Origin: Gammaproteobacteria bacterium
GTDB lineage: Bacteria; Pseudomonadota; Gammaproteobacteria; Steroidobacterales; Steroidobacteraceae
Assembly (NCBI GenBank): GCA_005878835.1
Contig: VBMV01000058.1
Location: 9,148-73,147 of the forward strand
Length of the DNA: 64,000 nt
Direction of reading: 5' to 3'
Notes under the pieces: model-generated
Told to the model about the DNA's origin: nothing
Databases searched by the model: none
What the model saw: the letters and a program-made list of their open reading frames with translations, nothing else
Shown here: piece by piece, positions 53,139 to 62,506 of the stretch
How the letters are laid out: each line of letters begins with the position of its first letter
How positions within the stretch are numbered: position 1 is the first letter of the stretch
Made by a program: the position numbers and the translations under genes

Positions 53139-54566
53139 TCACTGTTCGCGCAGGACCTTGCCCGGATTCATTATGCCGTGCGGGTCGAAGGCGCGCTTCA
53201 CGGCGCGCATGAGCGCAAGCTCGACCGGGGAGGCGTAGCGCTCGAGCTCGCCCACCTTGAGTCGCCCGATGCCATGCTCGGCACTGAAGCTGCCGCCGAA
53301 CTCGTGTACCAGCTCGTGCACGGCGCACCGCACGCTGTCGGCGCGACCGAGAAAGCGCTCGCGGTCACTGCCCGCAGACTGACTGATGTTGAAATGCAGG
53401 TTGCCGTCGCCCACGTGGCCGTACGCCACCAGCCGGCCATCGGGAACGTTGGCGCCGATCCAGGACGCGGCACGGGTGACAAAATCCGCGAGCACCGCGA
53501 CGGGAAGCGAAATGTCGTGTTTGAGGCTGGCGCCCTCGTGGCGCTGTGCCTCGGGGATGCTCTCGCGCAGCTTCCACAGCGCAGCGCGCTCGCGCTCGCT
53601 GCGCACCAGTGCCGCATCGAGCACGGTAGCGCGCGTAAGGGCTGCGCCGAGCGCCTCCTCCAACACCTCATCGAGCGGCTCCGCAGCGCGCGCGGACGAC
53701 AGTTCGCACAGCAAGTACCAAGGGTGCGCGGCGGTAAACGGGTCGCTCACGCCGGGGATGTGGCGCGTGGCGAGCTCCAGAGCGGGGCGCGAGATGAGCT
53801 CGAAGGAGCTGATGCGATCGCCGCTGGCCGCGCGCAGCTGCCCGAGCAGCGTCACCGCGGCGCGCACTTCCGGCAGCGCCACCAGCGCCGTGGCGCGGGC
53901 GCGGATCTGCGGGAACAGCTTCACAGTCGCGGCGGTGATCACCCCGAGCGTGCCCTCCGCGCCGAGAAACAGCGACTTGATGTCGTAGCCGGTATTGTCC
54001 TTGCGCAGCGACGAGAGGCCCTCGAGGACGCGCCCCCCGGGCAGCACCACCTCGAGCCCGAGCACCAGGTCGCGCATCATGCCGTAGCGCAGCACGTTCA
54101 CGCCGCCGGCATTGGTCGAGAGATTGCCGCCGATCTGACAGCTGCCTTGCGAGCCCAGGCTCAGCGGGAAGAAGCACCCGGCCGCATCCGCCGCCTGCTG
54201 CACCTGCGACAGAATGCAGCCGGCCTCCGCGGTCAGCGAGTAGTTGGTGACGTCGACGCTGCGGATGCGGTTCAGGTGCTTGAGCGACAGCACCAGCTGC
54301 CGCCCGGAATCATCCGGGATAGCGCCGCCGCAGTAGCTGGTGTTGCCGCCGTGTGGCACCACACCGACACGCTCGCTGTCGCACAACCCCAGCAGCTGCG
54401 AAACGTGCGCCAGCGAGCGCGGCTGCACCACGGCCACGGCGCGCCCGCGGCAGCGCCCGAGGTGGTCAACGAGAAACGGGGCGCAGTCCGCGGGATCCGT
54501 CAGTACGCCGTCAACGCCGACGATCTCGCGCAGCCGGCCTGCCAGGGCTGGCGCGGGCGCTGTCAA
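53139..54566 (-). CDS. FAD-linked oxidase, D-2-hydroxyacid (D-2-hydroxyglutarate/D-lactate) dehydrogenase-like
   Basis: FAD_binding_4 region ([43 protein letters not shown]) and a C-terminal FAD-oxidase domain ([10 protein letters not shown]). The TTG start forms a TTGA overlap with the htpX stop. Confidence 0.85.
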   Translation of the reverse strand: MTAPAPALAGRLREIVGVDGVLTDPADCAPFLVDHLGRCRGRAVAVVQPRSLAHVSQLLGLCDSERVGVVPHGGNTSYCGGAIPDDSGRQLVLSLKHLNRIRSVDVTNYSLTAEAGCILSQVQQAADAAGCFFPLSLGSQGSCQIGGNLSTNAGGVNVLRYGMMRDLVLGLEVVLPGGRVLEGLSSLRKDNTGYDIKSLFLGAEGTLGVITAATVKLFPQIRARATALVALPEVRAAVTLLGQLRAASGDRISSFELISRPALELATRHIPGVSDPFTAAHPWYLLCELSSARAAEPLDEVLEEALGAALTRATVLDAALVRSERERAALWKLRESIPEAQRHEGASLKHDISLPVAVLADFVTRAASWIGANVPDGRLVAYGHVGDGNLHFNISQSAGSDRERFLGRADSVRCAVHELVHEFGGSFSAEHGIGRLKVGELERYASPVELALMRAVKRAFDPHGIMNPGKVLREQ

Positions 54567-55441
54567 TGGCTGCCGAGCGCGCGCAGCGCGGCGATGCGCT
54601 CTTCCAGCGGCGGGTGGCTCATGAACAGGCGCGTGAGGCCGCCCCCGCCGCCGGCGATTCCGAAGGCCGAGAACTGCTGCGAGGGCAGCGGCTCGTGCAC
54701 GCGCTTGAGCTCCTCGAGCGCGGCGATCATGTTGCCGGTGCCGGCGAGCTGCGCGCCGCCGCGGTCGGCACGGAATTCACGCCGCCGTGAGAACCACATG
54801 ACGATCATGTTGGCGAGGATCCCGAGCAACAGCTGCAGGACAATGATGGTGACGAAGGAGGCGACGCCGCGGCCATCGTCGGAGCGGAACACGGCGCGGT
54901 CGATGATGTTGCCGATGACCCGCGACAGGAAGATCACGAAGGTGTTGACCACGCCCTGCACGAGCGTCAGGGTCACCATGTCGCCATTGGCGACGTGCGT
55001 CATTTCGTGGCCGAGCACCGCCTCGATCTCCTGGCGGTTCATGCGCTGCAGCAGCCCGCTGCTGACCGCGACCAGGGCGGCGTTACGGCTGGCGCCGGTG
55101 GCGAAGGCGTTCGGTTCCGGGGAGTCGAAGACCCCGACTTCGGGCATGCCGACGCCCACGGCGCGCGCGTGGTGTTCCACCACGGAGAGCAGCCATTGCT
55201 CGGTGGCATCGCCCGGGGGCTCAATGACTCGCACCCCCATGGTCATCTTCGCCATCCACTTGGACATGGCGAGCGAGATGAAAGAACCGGAGAAGCCGAA
55301 GAACGCCGCGAACACCAGCAGGCCCCCGAGGCTGCTGCCGTGCACGGCCAGCCAGGCGTCGAGGCCGAGCAGGCGCGCTACGACCGACAGCACCAGGACC
55401 ACGGCGAGGTTGGTTGCGAGGAACAGCACGATGCGCTTCAT
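54563..55441 (-). CDS. htpX: Zinc metalloprotease HtpX
   Basis: N-terminus [19 protein letters not shown] and the HEMTH zinc motif ([13 protein letters not shown]), with the typical HtpX length and TM layout. Confidence 0.95.
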   Translation of the reverse strand: MKRIVLFLATNLAVVLVLSVVARLLGLDAWLAVHGSSLGGLLVFAAFFGFSGSFISLAMSKWMAKMTMGVRVIEPPGDATEQWLLSVVEHHARAVGVGMPEVGVFDSPEPNAFATGASRNAALVAVSSGLLQRMNRQEIEAVLGHEMTHVANGDMVTLTLVQGVVNTFVIFLSRVIGNIIDRAVFRSDDGRGVASFVTIIVLQLLLGILANMIVMWFSRRREFRADRGGAQLAGTGNMIAALEELKRVHEPLPSQQFSAFGIAGGGGGLTRLFMSHPPLEERIAALRALGSH

Positions 55442-55530
55442 GGCGGGTATGGAACCTTGGGTGAAGGTAAGGGATTGAGGCTAAAGCGATTTGGCCACGG
55501 CACTCTACCGTTACGGCCTACACCTCGCCA

Positions 55531-55558
55531 GCGTGGGGCCGGGGTGCAGGTTTTCAAG
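55531..55558 (-). promoter_or_regulatory. Candidate sigma32 (RpoH) heat-shock promoter upstream of htpX
   Basis: The minus strand reads CTTGAAA-N13-CCCCACGC, against the E. coli sigma32 consensus CTTGAAA / CCCCATNT. It lies about 90 nt upstream of the htpX ATG. htpX is a known sigma32 regulon member in E. coli. Confidence 0.4.
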
Positions 55559-55567
55559 CCCCGCCGA

Positions 55568-56623
55568 TCAGCCGATCACGACGCCGAGGGCCCGCCCGAC
55601 CAGGAAGCTCACCGCGCCCGCGCCGCCGCCGATCAGCACCATGCGCAGCGCCCCGCGCAGCGCATCGCGGCCGGTGAACAGCGACAGTCCCAGGCCGACG
55701 GCGAACAGAGCCGTGAGCGTGACCCCGGCCACGGTCGCGAGGGCGCGCGCGCCGGCGAGGCCTGCGAGGAAGGGGATGAGAGGCAGGGCGGCGCCGGCTG
55801 CGAACGCGACGAACGAGGCGCTGGCCGCGCGCCACGGGGAGCCGAGGTCATCGGGGTTGAGGCCGAGCTCCTCGCGCGCGAGCACATCGAGGGCCTGCTC
55901 GGGGCGCGCCAGCAACGCCTGACTCACCTCGCGGGCCCGGGTGAGATCCACGCCGCGCGCCTGGTAAATGAGCGCGAGCTCCTCGGCCTCCTCCTGCGGG
56001 TACTCGGCGAGCTCCTCGCGTTCCAGCGCAATCTGGTATTCGTACATCTCGCGCTGTGAGCGCACCGAGACATATTCCCCCGCCGCCATGGAGAGCGCGC
56101 CGGCGAGCAATCCCGCGACCCCGGTGGTCAACACGTAGCCGCTGGCGGCGCCCGCGCCCGCGACACCGAGCACCAGGCTGGCGTTCGACACCAGCCCGTC
56201 GTTCACCCCGAACACCCCGGCCCGCAGGCTGCCGCCGAGGGCACTGCGATGGCGCGCGCCGACTTCCGCGAGCGTGGTCGGCATGGGATGCCCGGCCACA
56301 CTCGCCGGGGCGCTGTAGACCGACAGGCCGCGCAGCTTCATGGCGGCGAGCACCGCACGCAGGGAGCGCGGATCGAAGCGCAACAGCAGACGCGCGACGA
56401 TGCGCGCGCGCAGCGAGGGCACGAACGCTCGCACGCCGGCGTGCGCACCCGGGTCCGCGCGCCGCGCGGCGAGCTGCCATTTGGTCGCCTGTTGTTCCGC
56501 GGCCGCGGCGAGCTTCAGGAACAGCTCGCTCTTGCCGGGATCGGCTTCGGCGGCGGCGACCCGGCGGTACAGCCAGGCCGATTCTTTCTCGTGGTACCAG
56601 CTATCGACGCCGGAGGCGCTCAA
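55568..56623 (-). CDS. VIT1/CCC1-family iron/manganese transporter with an N-terminal ferritin-like-looking helical domain
   Basis: The VIT core is GVNDGLVSNASLVLGVAGA with C-terminal TM helices. The N-terminal helices are YHEKESAWLYRRVAAAE...LAAAAEQQATKW. The TTG start forms a TTGA overlap with the upstream acidic ORF's stop. Confidence 0.82.
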   Translation of the reverse strand: MSASGVDSWYHEKESAWLYRRVAAAEADPGKSELFLKLAAAAEQQATKWQLAARRADPGAHAGVRAFVPSLRARIVARLLLRFDPRSLRAVLAAMKLRGLSVYSAPASVAGHPMPTTLAEVGARHRSALGGSLRAGVFGVNDGLVSNASLVLGVAGAGAASGYVLTTGVAGLLAGALSMAAGEYVSVRSQREMYEYQIALEREELAEYPQEEAEELALIYQARGVDLTRAREVSQALLARPEQALDVLAREELGLNPDDLGSPWRAASASFVAFAAGAALPLIPFLAGLAGARALATVAGVTLTALFAVGLGLSLFTGRDALRGALRMVLIGGGAGAVSFLVGRALGVVIG

Positions 56624-56970
56624 TACTCGTCCCGTTCTTCGTCGACGTCGTCCTCGTCCTCGTCGTCGTCGTCGTCCCAGTCATCCTCATCCTCGTCGTC
56701 TTCCTCGTCGTACTCCTCGTCCTCGTCGGTGTCCTCGTCGTCGGACTCCGACCAGCCCTCGGGCTGGGCGATCTTCTCGAGGTCCATCTCATGCCAGGCC
56801 TCGAGGTCGAGCTCCTCGATGTCGCCGTCGAGGTACTCGATCTCTATGAGCTCGGAGTCCTCGTCGACCGACAGCACGCGGAACGATTCTTCTTCTTCGA
56901 CGTTTTCGTACCACTGGGAGGGCACGGGCTCGTAATCTCTGCTCACCGCGAAAGCCACCCTTGTCATCAT
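56620..56970 (-). CDS. Small highly acidic protein (DUF6763-like) with a poly-Asp/Glu tail
   Basis: The core WYENVEEEESFRVLSVDEDSELIEIEYLDGDIEELDLEAWHEMDLEKIAQPEGW is followed by about 42 residues that are almost all D/E. I prefer the ATG doublet at 56970/56967. The ORF start at 57012 is possible. Confidence 0.65.
   Translation of the reverse strand: MMTRVAFAVSRDYEPVPSQWYENVEEEESFRVLSVDEDSELIEIEYLDGDIEELDLEAWHEMDLEKIAQPEGWSESDDEDTDEDEEYDEEDDEDEDDWDDDDDEDEDDVDEERDEY
56623..56748. repeat. GAC/GAG/GAA triplet-rich low-complexity tract (codes for the poly-D/E tail)
   Basis: The plus strand shows runs such as cgtcgtcctcgtcctcgtcgtcgtcgtcgtccc. These generate spurious poly-Ser and poly-Arg ORFs in other frames. 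Confidence 0.85.
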
Positions 56971-57041
56971 TTCGCCGCCGATAAGTGTAGGGGCTGCGGT
57001 CGGGTTGGGCAACGCAGCTCGATTGCGTATAGTTTTCCCTC

Positions 57042-58232
57042 ATGAACACCCGGCGTCCGGATTCGGCAGCGCCCCTCACGCAGGCACGACGAATCGTCGT
57101 GAAGGTGGGCTCGGCGCTGCTGGTGGATGGCGACACCGGACGTGTCAACCGCGCCTGGCTGGAGACCCTGGTCGAGGACCTGCTGCGGCTGCGCAAGCGC
57201 GGCCAGCCTGTCATCCTGGTGTCATCGGGCGCCATTGCGCTCGGCCGGCGCCGGCTCGGGCTCAAGCACGGCGCGCTGCGGCTGGAGGAGAGTCAGGCCG
57301 CCGCTGCGGTGGGACAGATCCGACTCGCGCATGCCTACAAGGAGCTGCTCGAGGGGTGCGATGTGACCGTGGCGCAGGTGCTGCTCACTCTCGAGGACAG
57401 CGAGCGCCGCCGCCGCTACCTGAACGCGCGCGCCACCCTCGAATCGCTCCTCGCGCTCGGCGCGCTGCCGGTGATCAACGAGAACGACACGGTGGCCACC
57501 GCCGAGATCCGCTACGGCGACAATGATCGCCTGGCGGCGCGCGTCGCGCAGATGACGGGAGCGGATTGCCTGGTGCTGCTGTCGGATGTCGAGGGGCTGT
57601 ACACCGCCGATCCGAACCGCGAGCCGGGTGCGCGCTTCATTCACGAGGTACCCCAGATCACGCCCGAGATCGAGGCCATGGCCGGGCGCTCGGCTTCCCA
57701 GGTGGGTTCCGGCGGCATGGCGGCCAAGATCGCCGCGGCGCGGATCGCGGTGGCGGCCGGCTGCCACATGTGCATCGCCGCCGGCGTGCACCGGCATCCC
57801 CTGCGGCGCATCGAAGAGGGAGCGGACTGCACCTGGTTCGTGCCGAGCGCGACGCCGGCCGCGGCGCGCAAGCAGTGGATCGCCGGCACGCTGCGCCCCG
57901 CCGGCGCGCTCACCATCGATGCGGGAGCGCGGCGCGCGCTGCTGGAAGGCCGCAGCCTCCTGCCCGCGGGCGTCATCGCGGCGCGTGGCCGCTTCGACCG
58001 CGGCGACACCGTCAGCGTGCTCGCCGCGGACGGCGCGGAAATCGCCCGCGGCATCGTCGCCTATTCCGACGTGGACGCCGCCCGCATCATGGGACGCAAG
58101 TCCTCGGAGATCGCGGATATCCTGGGGTTTCGCGGCCGTGACGAGATGATCCATCGCGACGACCTGGTGCTCATGCGCCAGGAGCTCACCGGCGCCGCCG
58201 AGCCCGTGCCCGCCCCGCAAGTGCTACCCTGA
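57042..58232 (+). CDS. proB: Glutamate 5-kinase (with PUA domain)
   Basis: Motifs VVKVGSALL, ILVSSGAIALG, PVINENDTVAT, GDNDRLAA and GSGGMAAK, plus a C-terminal PUA domain. Confidence 0.95.
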   Translation: MNTRRPDSAAPLTQARRIVVKVGSALLVDGDTGRVNRAWLETLVEDLLRLRKRGQPVILVSSGAIALGRRRLGLKHGALRLEESQAAAAVGQIRLAHAYKELLEGCDVTVAQVLLTLEDSERRRRYLNARATLESLLALGALPVINENDTVATAEIRYGDNDRLAARVAQMTGADCLVLLSDVEGLYTADPNREPGARFIHEVPQITPEIEAMAGRSASQVGSGGMAAKIAAARIAVAAGCHMCIAAGVHRHPLRRIEEGADCTWFVPSATPAAARKQWIAGTLRPAGALTIDAGARRALLEGRSLLPAGVIAARGRFDRGDTVSVLAADGAEIARGIVAYSDVDAARIMGRKSSEIADILGFRGRDEMIHRDDLVLMRQELTGAAEPVPAPQVLP

Positions 58233-58238
58233 GGCGCC

Positions 58239-59507
58239 GTGGCCGCGGACCACATCGGTGAGTTGATGGAAGGGCTCGGCAAGGCCGCCATCGGCGCTGC
58301 GGCCGTGCTGGCGCTCGCCCCCACGCAGCAGAAGAACGCCGCACTGGCGGCGGCGGCGGCCACGGTGCGCGCGCGGCGTGCGGCGATTCTGGCGGCCAAC
58401 GAGCGCGACATGTCGGGGGCGCGCGCCGCGCACCTGAGCGGACCGCGACTGGAGCGGCTGCGCCTGGACGAGCGCCGCATCGATGCGATCGCCGAGAGCA
58501 TCGACGCGGTGATCGCGCTGCCGGACCCGATCGGCAGCGCCATCGCGGAGTGGGAACGGCCGAACGGACTGCGGATCCAGCGCGTGGTCGTGCCGCTCGG
58601 TGTCATCGGCATCATCTACGAGAGCCGCCCCAACGTCACCGCTGACGCCGGCGCGCTGTGCCTGAAGTCAGGCAACGCGGCGATCCTGCGCGGCGGCTCC
58701 GAGAGCCAGCATTCCAGCCGCGCGCTGCACGAGTGCCTCGCGCACGGGCTGCAGAGCACGGGGCTGCCGGCGCAATGCATCCAACTGGTGCCGCTCACCG
58801 ATCGCGCGGCGGTTGGCTACATGCTCGCCGGCATGAGCGAGTACCTCGACGTCATCGTGCCGCGCGGCGGCAAAACCCTGGTGGAGCGGGTGCAGAGGGA
58901 AGCGCGCGTGCCGGTGATCGGGCACCTGCAGGGCAACTGCCACGTGTACATCGACCGCGACGCCGACGTGCGCATGGCGCGCACCATCGCGCTCAACGCC
59001 AAGATGCGCCGCACCGGGATCTGCGGCGCCGCCGAAACGCTGCTGGTCGACCGCGCCTGCGCGGGCACGCACCTGGGTCCGATCGTGCGCGACCTGCTGG
59101 ATGCGGGCTGCGAGGTGCGCGGCGATGCCACGGTGCTCGAGGCGGATCCGCGCGTGCGCCCGGCGAGCGAGGACGACTGGTACACCGAGTACCTGGATGC
59201 GATCATCGCCGCGCGCGTGGTCGAGGGCGTGGATGCGGCCATCGCCCACATCGCGCGCTACGGCTCCGCACACACCGAATCGATCGTGACCGAGAACCGC
59301 GCCACCGCCGAGCGCTTCCTGCAGCGCGTCGACAGCGCCATCGTGCTGCATAACGCGTCCACACAGTTCGCCGACGGCGGCGAGTTCGGCATGGGTGCGG
59401 AGATCGGCATCTCCACCGACCGTTTTCACGCCCGCGGCCCGGTCGGGGTCGAGCAACTCACCAGCTACAAGTACATCGTGCGCGGCGCAGGACAGGTGCG
59501 TCCCTGA
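58239..59507 (+). CDS. proA: Gamma-glutamyl phosphate reductase
   Basis: Motifs [34 protein letters not shown]-like ([10 protein letters not shown]) and HTESIVT. Confidence 0.95.
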   Translation: MAADHIGELMEGLGKAAIGAAAVLALAPTQQKNAALAAAAATVRARRAAILAANERDMSGARAAHLSGPRLERLRLDERRIDAIAESIDAVIALPDPIGSAIAEWERPNGLRIQRVVVPLGVIGIIYESRPNVTADAGALCLKSGNAAILRGGSESQHSSRALHECLAHGLQSTGLPAQCIQLVPLTDRAAVGYMLAGMSEYLDVIVPRGGKTLVERVQREARVPVIGHLQGNCHVYIDRDADVRMARTIALNAKMRRTGICGAAETLLVDRACAGTHLGPIVRDLLDAGCEVRGDATVLEADPRVRPASEDDWYTEYLDAIIAARVVEGVDAAIAHIARYGSAHTESIVTENRATAERFLQRVDSAIVLHNASTQFADGGEFGMGAEIGISTDRFHARGPVGVEQLTSYKYIVRGAGQVRP

Positions 59508-59541
59508 AGGGGCGCCGCGGCGCACCCGTGCGCGGTGAGCT

Positions 59542-60033
59542 TCAGTGCCCGTGCTCGTGCGCGTGTCGGACGGAGGCCGGTGCCGCGGAAACCTCGGCGG
59601 CGTGCGCGGCGGGAGCTGCGCAGCGTTCGCAGTTTACCCAGCCGGAATCACCGCTCAGGTAATGCTCCTTCTTCCAGATCGGCAGGCGGTGCTTGACCTC
59701 GTCGATGATGTAGCGGCACGCCTCAAACGCCTCCGCGCGATGCGGTGCGCTCACACCCACCCATACCGCCAGCTCCGCGATCGACAGCTCGCCGACGCGG
59801 TGCAGACACGCGGCGTGCGCCACGCCAAAGCGCGCGATCGCCTCGGCGAGGATGCGCTCACCTTCGCGCACGGCGAGCACCTCGAAGGCCTCGTACTCCA
59901 GGCGCCGCACGCGCCTGCCCTCGTGGGAATCGCGCACCCAGCCTTCGAAGGCCGCGTAGCCGCCGCAGGCCGGGTCGGCGAGCTGCGCGCGCAGCGCCTG
60001 GGGCTCGATGGGTGTGCGGGTGAAGCGGAACAT
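59542..60033 (-). CDS. moaE: Molybdopterin synthase catalytic subunit MoaE, with Cys/His-rich C-terminal extension
   Basis: Motifs GAFEGWVRD.HEGR.V..LEYEAF, AVWVGVSAPHR..AFEACRYIIDEVK and PIWKKE. There is an extra tail NCERCAAP...VRHAHEHGH. Confidence 0.9.
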   Translation of the reverse strand: MFRFTRTPIEPQALRAQLADPACGGYAAFEGWVRDSHEGRRVRRLEYEAFEVLAVREGERILAEAIARFGVAHAACLHRVGELSIAELAVWVGVSAPHRAEAFEACRYIIDEVKHRLPIWKKEHYLSGDSGWVNCERCAAPAAHAAEVSAAPASVRHAHEHGH

Positions 60034-60052
60034 GGGCTGCGGGGGCGCGTTC

Positions 60053-60925
60053 TCAACCACCGGCGACCGGCGGAATGAACACCACCGCATCGCCGTCCTC
60101 GAGCGGCGTCGACCACTCGCCGAATTCGGCATTGATGGCTACCCGCAGCACCTCCGGCGCGAGCGAGAACGGGTAACGTGCGGCGAGCTCGCTGTACAGC
60201 TCGCGCGGCGTGCGCGCGGCGGTCACCAGCGCCTCCTCGCGCCGCCCGGCCTGCTCGCGCAGCAGCGCGTAGTACTGCACGGTGACGTGCCTGGTGGTCG
60301 CGGAGCTCTGGGCGGTCAAGGTCGCCATGGCGGACCCATACTCCTCGGGTGTGTTGATGTTGTCGAGTGCGCGCGGGTTCGGCTCATCGAGCAGCAGCGT
60401 GTCCGTGCCGGCCAGGAACTTGCGCGGGCACTGCTTGCCGGCGGCGAGGTAGGCGGACAGGGGCTCGCGGCTGCGCGGCTCGTAGATCGCGCACAAGGGT
60501 TCCGGCAGGCCGTCGTGGCTCGAGCGGTAGGCGGTGGCCGTGCGTGCCGGGTCGCGCGCGCGCAGCAGGTGCGCGAGTGTGGCCCCATCCAGCAGCGGCA
60601 GATCGCAGGCCAGCACCAGCCAGGCAGCCTCGGGGTGCTGCGCCTGTGCGGCGAGCAGCCCCGCGACCGGACCGACGTCAGCGAGGGTATCGACGATCTG
60701 CGGAAAGCGCGCGCGCAGCGGCTCCGCGCGCTGCTCGGCGCGCACCGACACGTAGGTGCGCTCCACGCGCCCGTCGAGCAGCGCCATGGCCCGCTCGAGC
60801 TGTGTGCGCCCCCGGTAGGCGAGCGCGGCCTTGTCGCGGCGCATGCGTGTGCTGCGCCCGCCGGCGAGGACGAGACCGTAGAGCGGCGGGACCGAGGCGT
60901 GGCCGGAGCCCGGTGTGCCCGCCAT
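60053..60925 (-). CDS. mobA: Fusion protein: MobA-like molybdenum cofactor guanylyltransferase (N-terminal) plus MoaD sulfur carrier (C-terminal, ends in GG)
   Basis: The N-terminal part carries LVLAGGRSTRM, VGPVAGLL, LACDLP and NINTPEE, which aligns with E. coli MobA. The last ~80 aa (VTVQYYALLREQAG...LEDGDAVVFIPPVAGG-stop) align with E. coli MoaD, including the terminal GG. Confidence 0.85.
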   Translation of the reverse strand: MAGTPGSGHASVPPLYGLVLAGGRSTRMRRDKAALAYRGRTQLERAMALLDGRVERTYVSVRAEQRAEPLRARFPQIVDTLADVGPVAGLLAAQAQHPEAAWLVLACDLPLLDGATLAHLLRARDPARTATAYRSSHDGLPEPLCAIYEPRSREPLSAYLAAGKQCPRKFLAGTDTLLLDEPNPRALDNINTPEEYGSAMATLTAQSSATTRHVTVQYYALLREQAGRREEALVTAARTPRELYSELAARYPFSLAPEVLRVAINAEFGEWSTPLEDGDAVVFIPPVAGG

Positions 60926-60929
60926 GGGA

Positions 60930-61418
60930 CTACCCGGCCTTGCGCGTAAACGGGCGCCGTCCGCCGGTTTTCGCCAGCAGACGCACGTTTACGATTTCAA
61001 TGTCGTGGGAGAGCGCCTTGCACATGTCGTAGATCGTCAGTGCCGCCACCGCCGCACCGGTCAGAGCCTCCATTTCCACTCCGGTGCGGTGATGAACCGC
61101 GACCCGGCAACGCACCGCGATCTGGGCGCGCCCGACCGGGGCGATCTCGATCTGGCAGTCCTCGAGCCCGAGCGGGTGGCAAAACGGGATCAGCTCGTGC
61201 GTGCGTTTCGCCGCCATGACGCCCGCGACGATGGCGGTGTCGAACACCGGCCCCTTGCGGGTACGGTGACCGCTGGCGCGCAGCGCGAGCGCCACGGTGC
61301 GCGGCAGGCGGATGCGGGCTTCGGCGACCGCCAGGCGCTGCGTCACCTCCTTCGCGCCGACGTCGACCATGGCGGGCCGGTTACCGTCATCCAGATGCGT
61401 GAGCCGGCGGCGTGCCAT
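60930..61418 (-). CDS. moaC: Cyclic pyranopterin monophosphate synthase MoaC
   Basis: Motifs MVDVGAK, KGPVF, LIPFCHPL, TGVEMEALT and YDMCKA. The ATG overlaps the moaA TGA by 1 nt. Confidence 0.95.
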   Translation of the reverse strand: MARRRLTHLDDGNRPAMVDVGAKEVTQRLAVAEARIRLPRTVALALRASGHRTRKGPVFDTAIVAGVMAAKRTHELIPFCHPLGLEDCQIEIAPVGRAQIAVRCRVAVHHRTGVEMEALTGAAVAALTIYDMCKALSHDIEIVNVRLLAKTGGRRPFTRKAG

Positions 61419-62506
61419 CAGCCACCGATGTAGAACATCTCGACCTTGCGCTGCTCGTGCGGCGCCGCGTGCCGGCTGGCGCGCAATTCGCTGTAGCGGT
61501 CGGCGCGCTGCAACCACACCCCGCGGATCAGCTCGAGCAGCGCATCGTCGCTCGCGCCACCGCGCAGGGCGTCGCGCAGGCTGGTGCCGTGGGTGGCGAA
61601 CAGACAGGTATAGAGCGCGCCGTCCGATGACAGGCGCGCACGCGAGCAGTCGCCGCAGAACGGCTGCGACACCGACGAGATGAAGCCCACCTCACCCGCG
61701 CCGTCGGTGAAGGCGTAGCGCCGCGCCACTTCCCCGCGATAGCCAGGCTCGAGCGCGGCGAGCGGCCAGCGCTGGCCGATACGCTCGGCCAGCTCCTTCG
61801 AGGGCACCACCAGCTCCGAGCGCCACTGGTTGCGGTTGCCGACGTCCATGTACTCGATGAAACGCACGATCACGCCGGTGCCGCGGAAGCGTTCCACCAG
61901 CTCGAGCACCGTGTGATCGTTCACGCCGCGCTGCACGACGGCATTGATCTTGACGGGAGTCAGTTCCGCGCGGCGCGCCTGCTCGATGCCGGCGAGCACC
62001 TCATCGACCCCGCCGAAACCGCCGCTCATGCGCGCGAACACCCCGGCGTCCAGGCTGTCCAGACTCACGGTGACGCGCTTCAGGCCGGCCGCCTTGAGCT
62101 CGCTCGCGTAGCGCGCGAGCAGCACCCCGTTGGTGGTGAGGGCGACGTCCTCGACGCCCGCGATGGTGGTCAGGTCCCCGACCAGGTCGGGGAGGTTCGC
62201 GCGCAGCAGCGGCTCTCCGCCGGTCAGGCGCAGCTTGCGCACTCCGAGCTGCACGAACAGCCGCGCCAGGCGCACGATCTCATCGAACGACAGCCGTTCG
62301 TGCGATCCCAGGAAGCGGTACTGCTCGTGGTAGGTCTCGCGCGGCATGCAGTACGGGCAGCGGAAGTTGCACCGGTCCATGACCGAGATGCGCAGGTCGC
62401 GCATCGGGCGGGCGAACGTGTCCCGCGGCGCGGGCAGCGCTTTCAGGGGCACGATGACTTCGCCTCTGGACACGGTGGTGCAGAGTATGCGCACCGCGGG
62501 GGGCAA
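61418..62506 (-). CDS. moaA: GTP 3',8-cyclase MoaA (radical SAM); start uncertain
   Basis: The CNFRCPYCMP radical-SAM cluster, LTGGEPLL, and the C-terminal CGDCSRARLSSDG cluster are present. The track start at 62506 is a TTG. Alignment with E. coli MoaA favours GTG at 62452; ATG 62404 is also possible. Confidence 0.92.
   Translation of the reverse strand: MPPAVRILCTTVSRGEVIVPLKALPAPRDTFARPMRDLRISVMDRCNFRCPYCMPRETYHEQYRFLGSHERLSFDEIVRLARLFVQLGVRKLRLTGGEPLLRANLPDLVGDLTTIAGVEDVALTTNGVLLARYASELKAAGLKRVTVSLDSLDAGVFARMSGGFGGVDEVLAGIEQARRAELTPVKINAVVQRGVNDHTVLELVERFRGTGVIVRFIEYMDVGNRNQWRSELVVPSKELAERIGQRWPLAALEPGYRGEVARRYAFTDGAGEVGFISSVSQPFCGDCSRARLSSDGALYTCLFATHGTSLRDALRGGASDDALLELIRGVWLQRADRYSELRASRHAAPHEQRKVEMFYIGG

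Noticed and set aside
53139-54566. Whether this FAD oxidase is the missing GlcD partner of the orphan glcF.
   Set aside because: It lies 50 kb away in a different operon, and no GlcE-like second FAD subunit accompanies it. It looks more like stand-alone D-2-hydroxyglutarate/D-lactate dehydrogenases. This cannot be decided without phylogeny.
56249-56935. Plus-strand ORFs encoding poly-Ser / poly-Arg proteins (228 aa and 169 aa).
   Set aside because: They are alternative-frame readings of the GAC/GAG triplet tract that encodes the acidic tail on the minus strand. The minus-strand product has a conserved-looking globular N-terminal part.
59508-59541. Rho-independent terminators in convergent gaps (10990-11030, 23622-23656, 32900-32940, 59508-59541).
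   Set aside because: Only short GC stems (5-7 bp, for example GCGCCGC...GCGGCGC, or the palindrome GCGCCGCGGCGC) with no U-tracts. In DNA this GC-rich such stems occur by chance.
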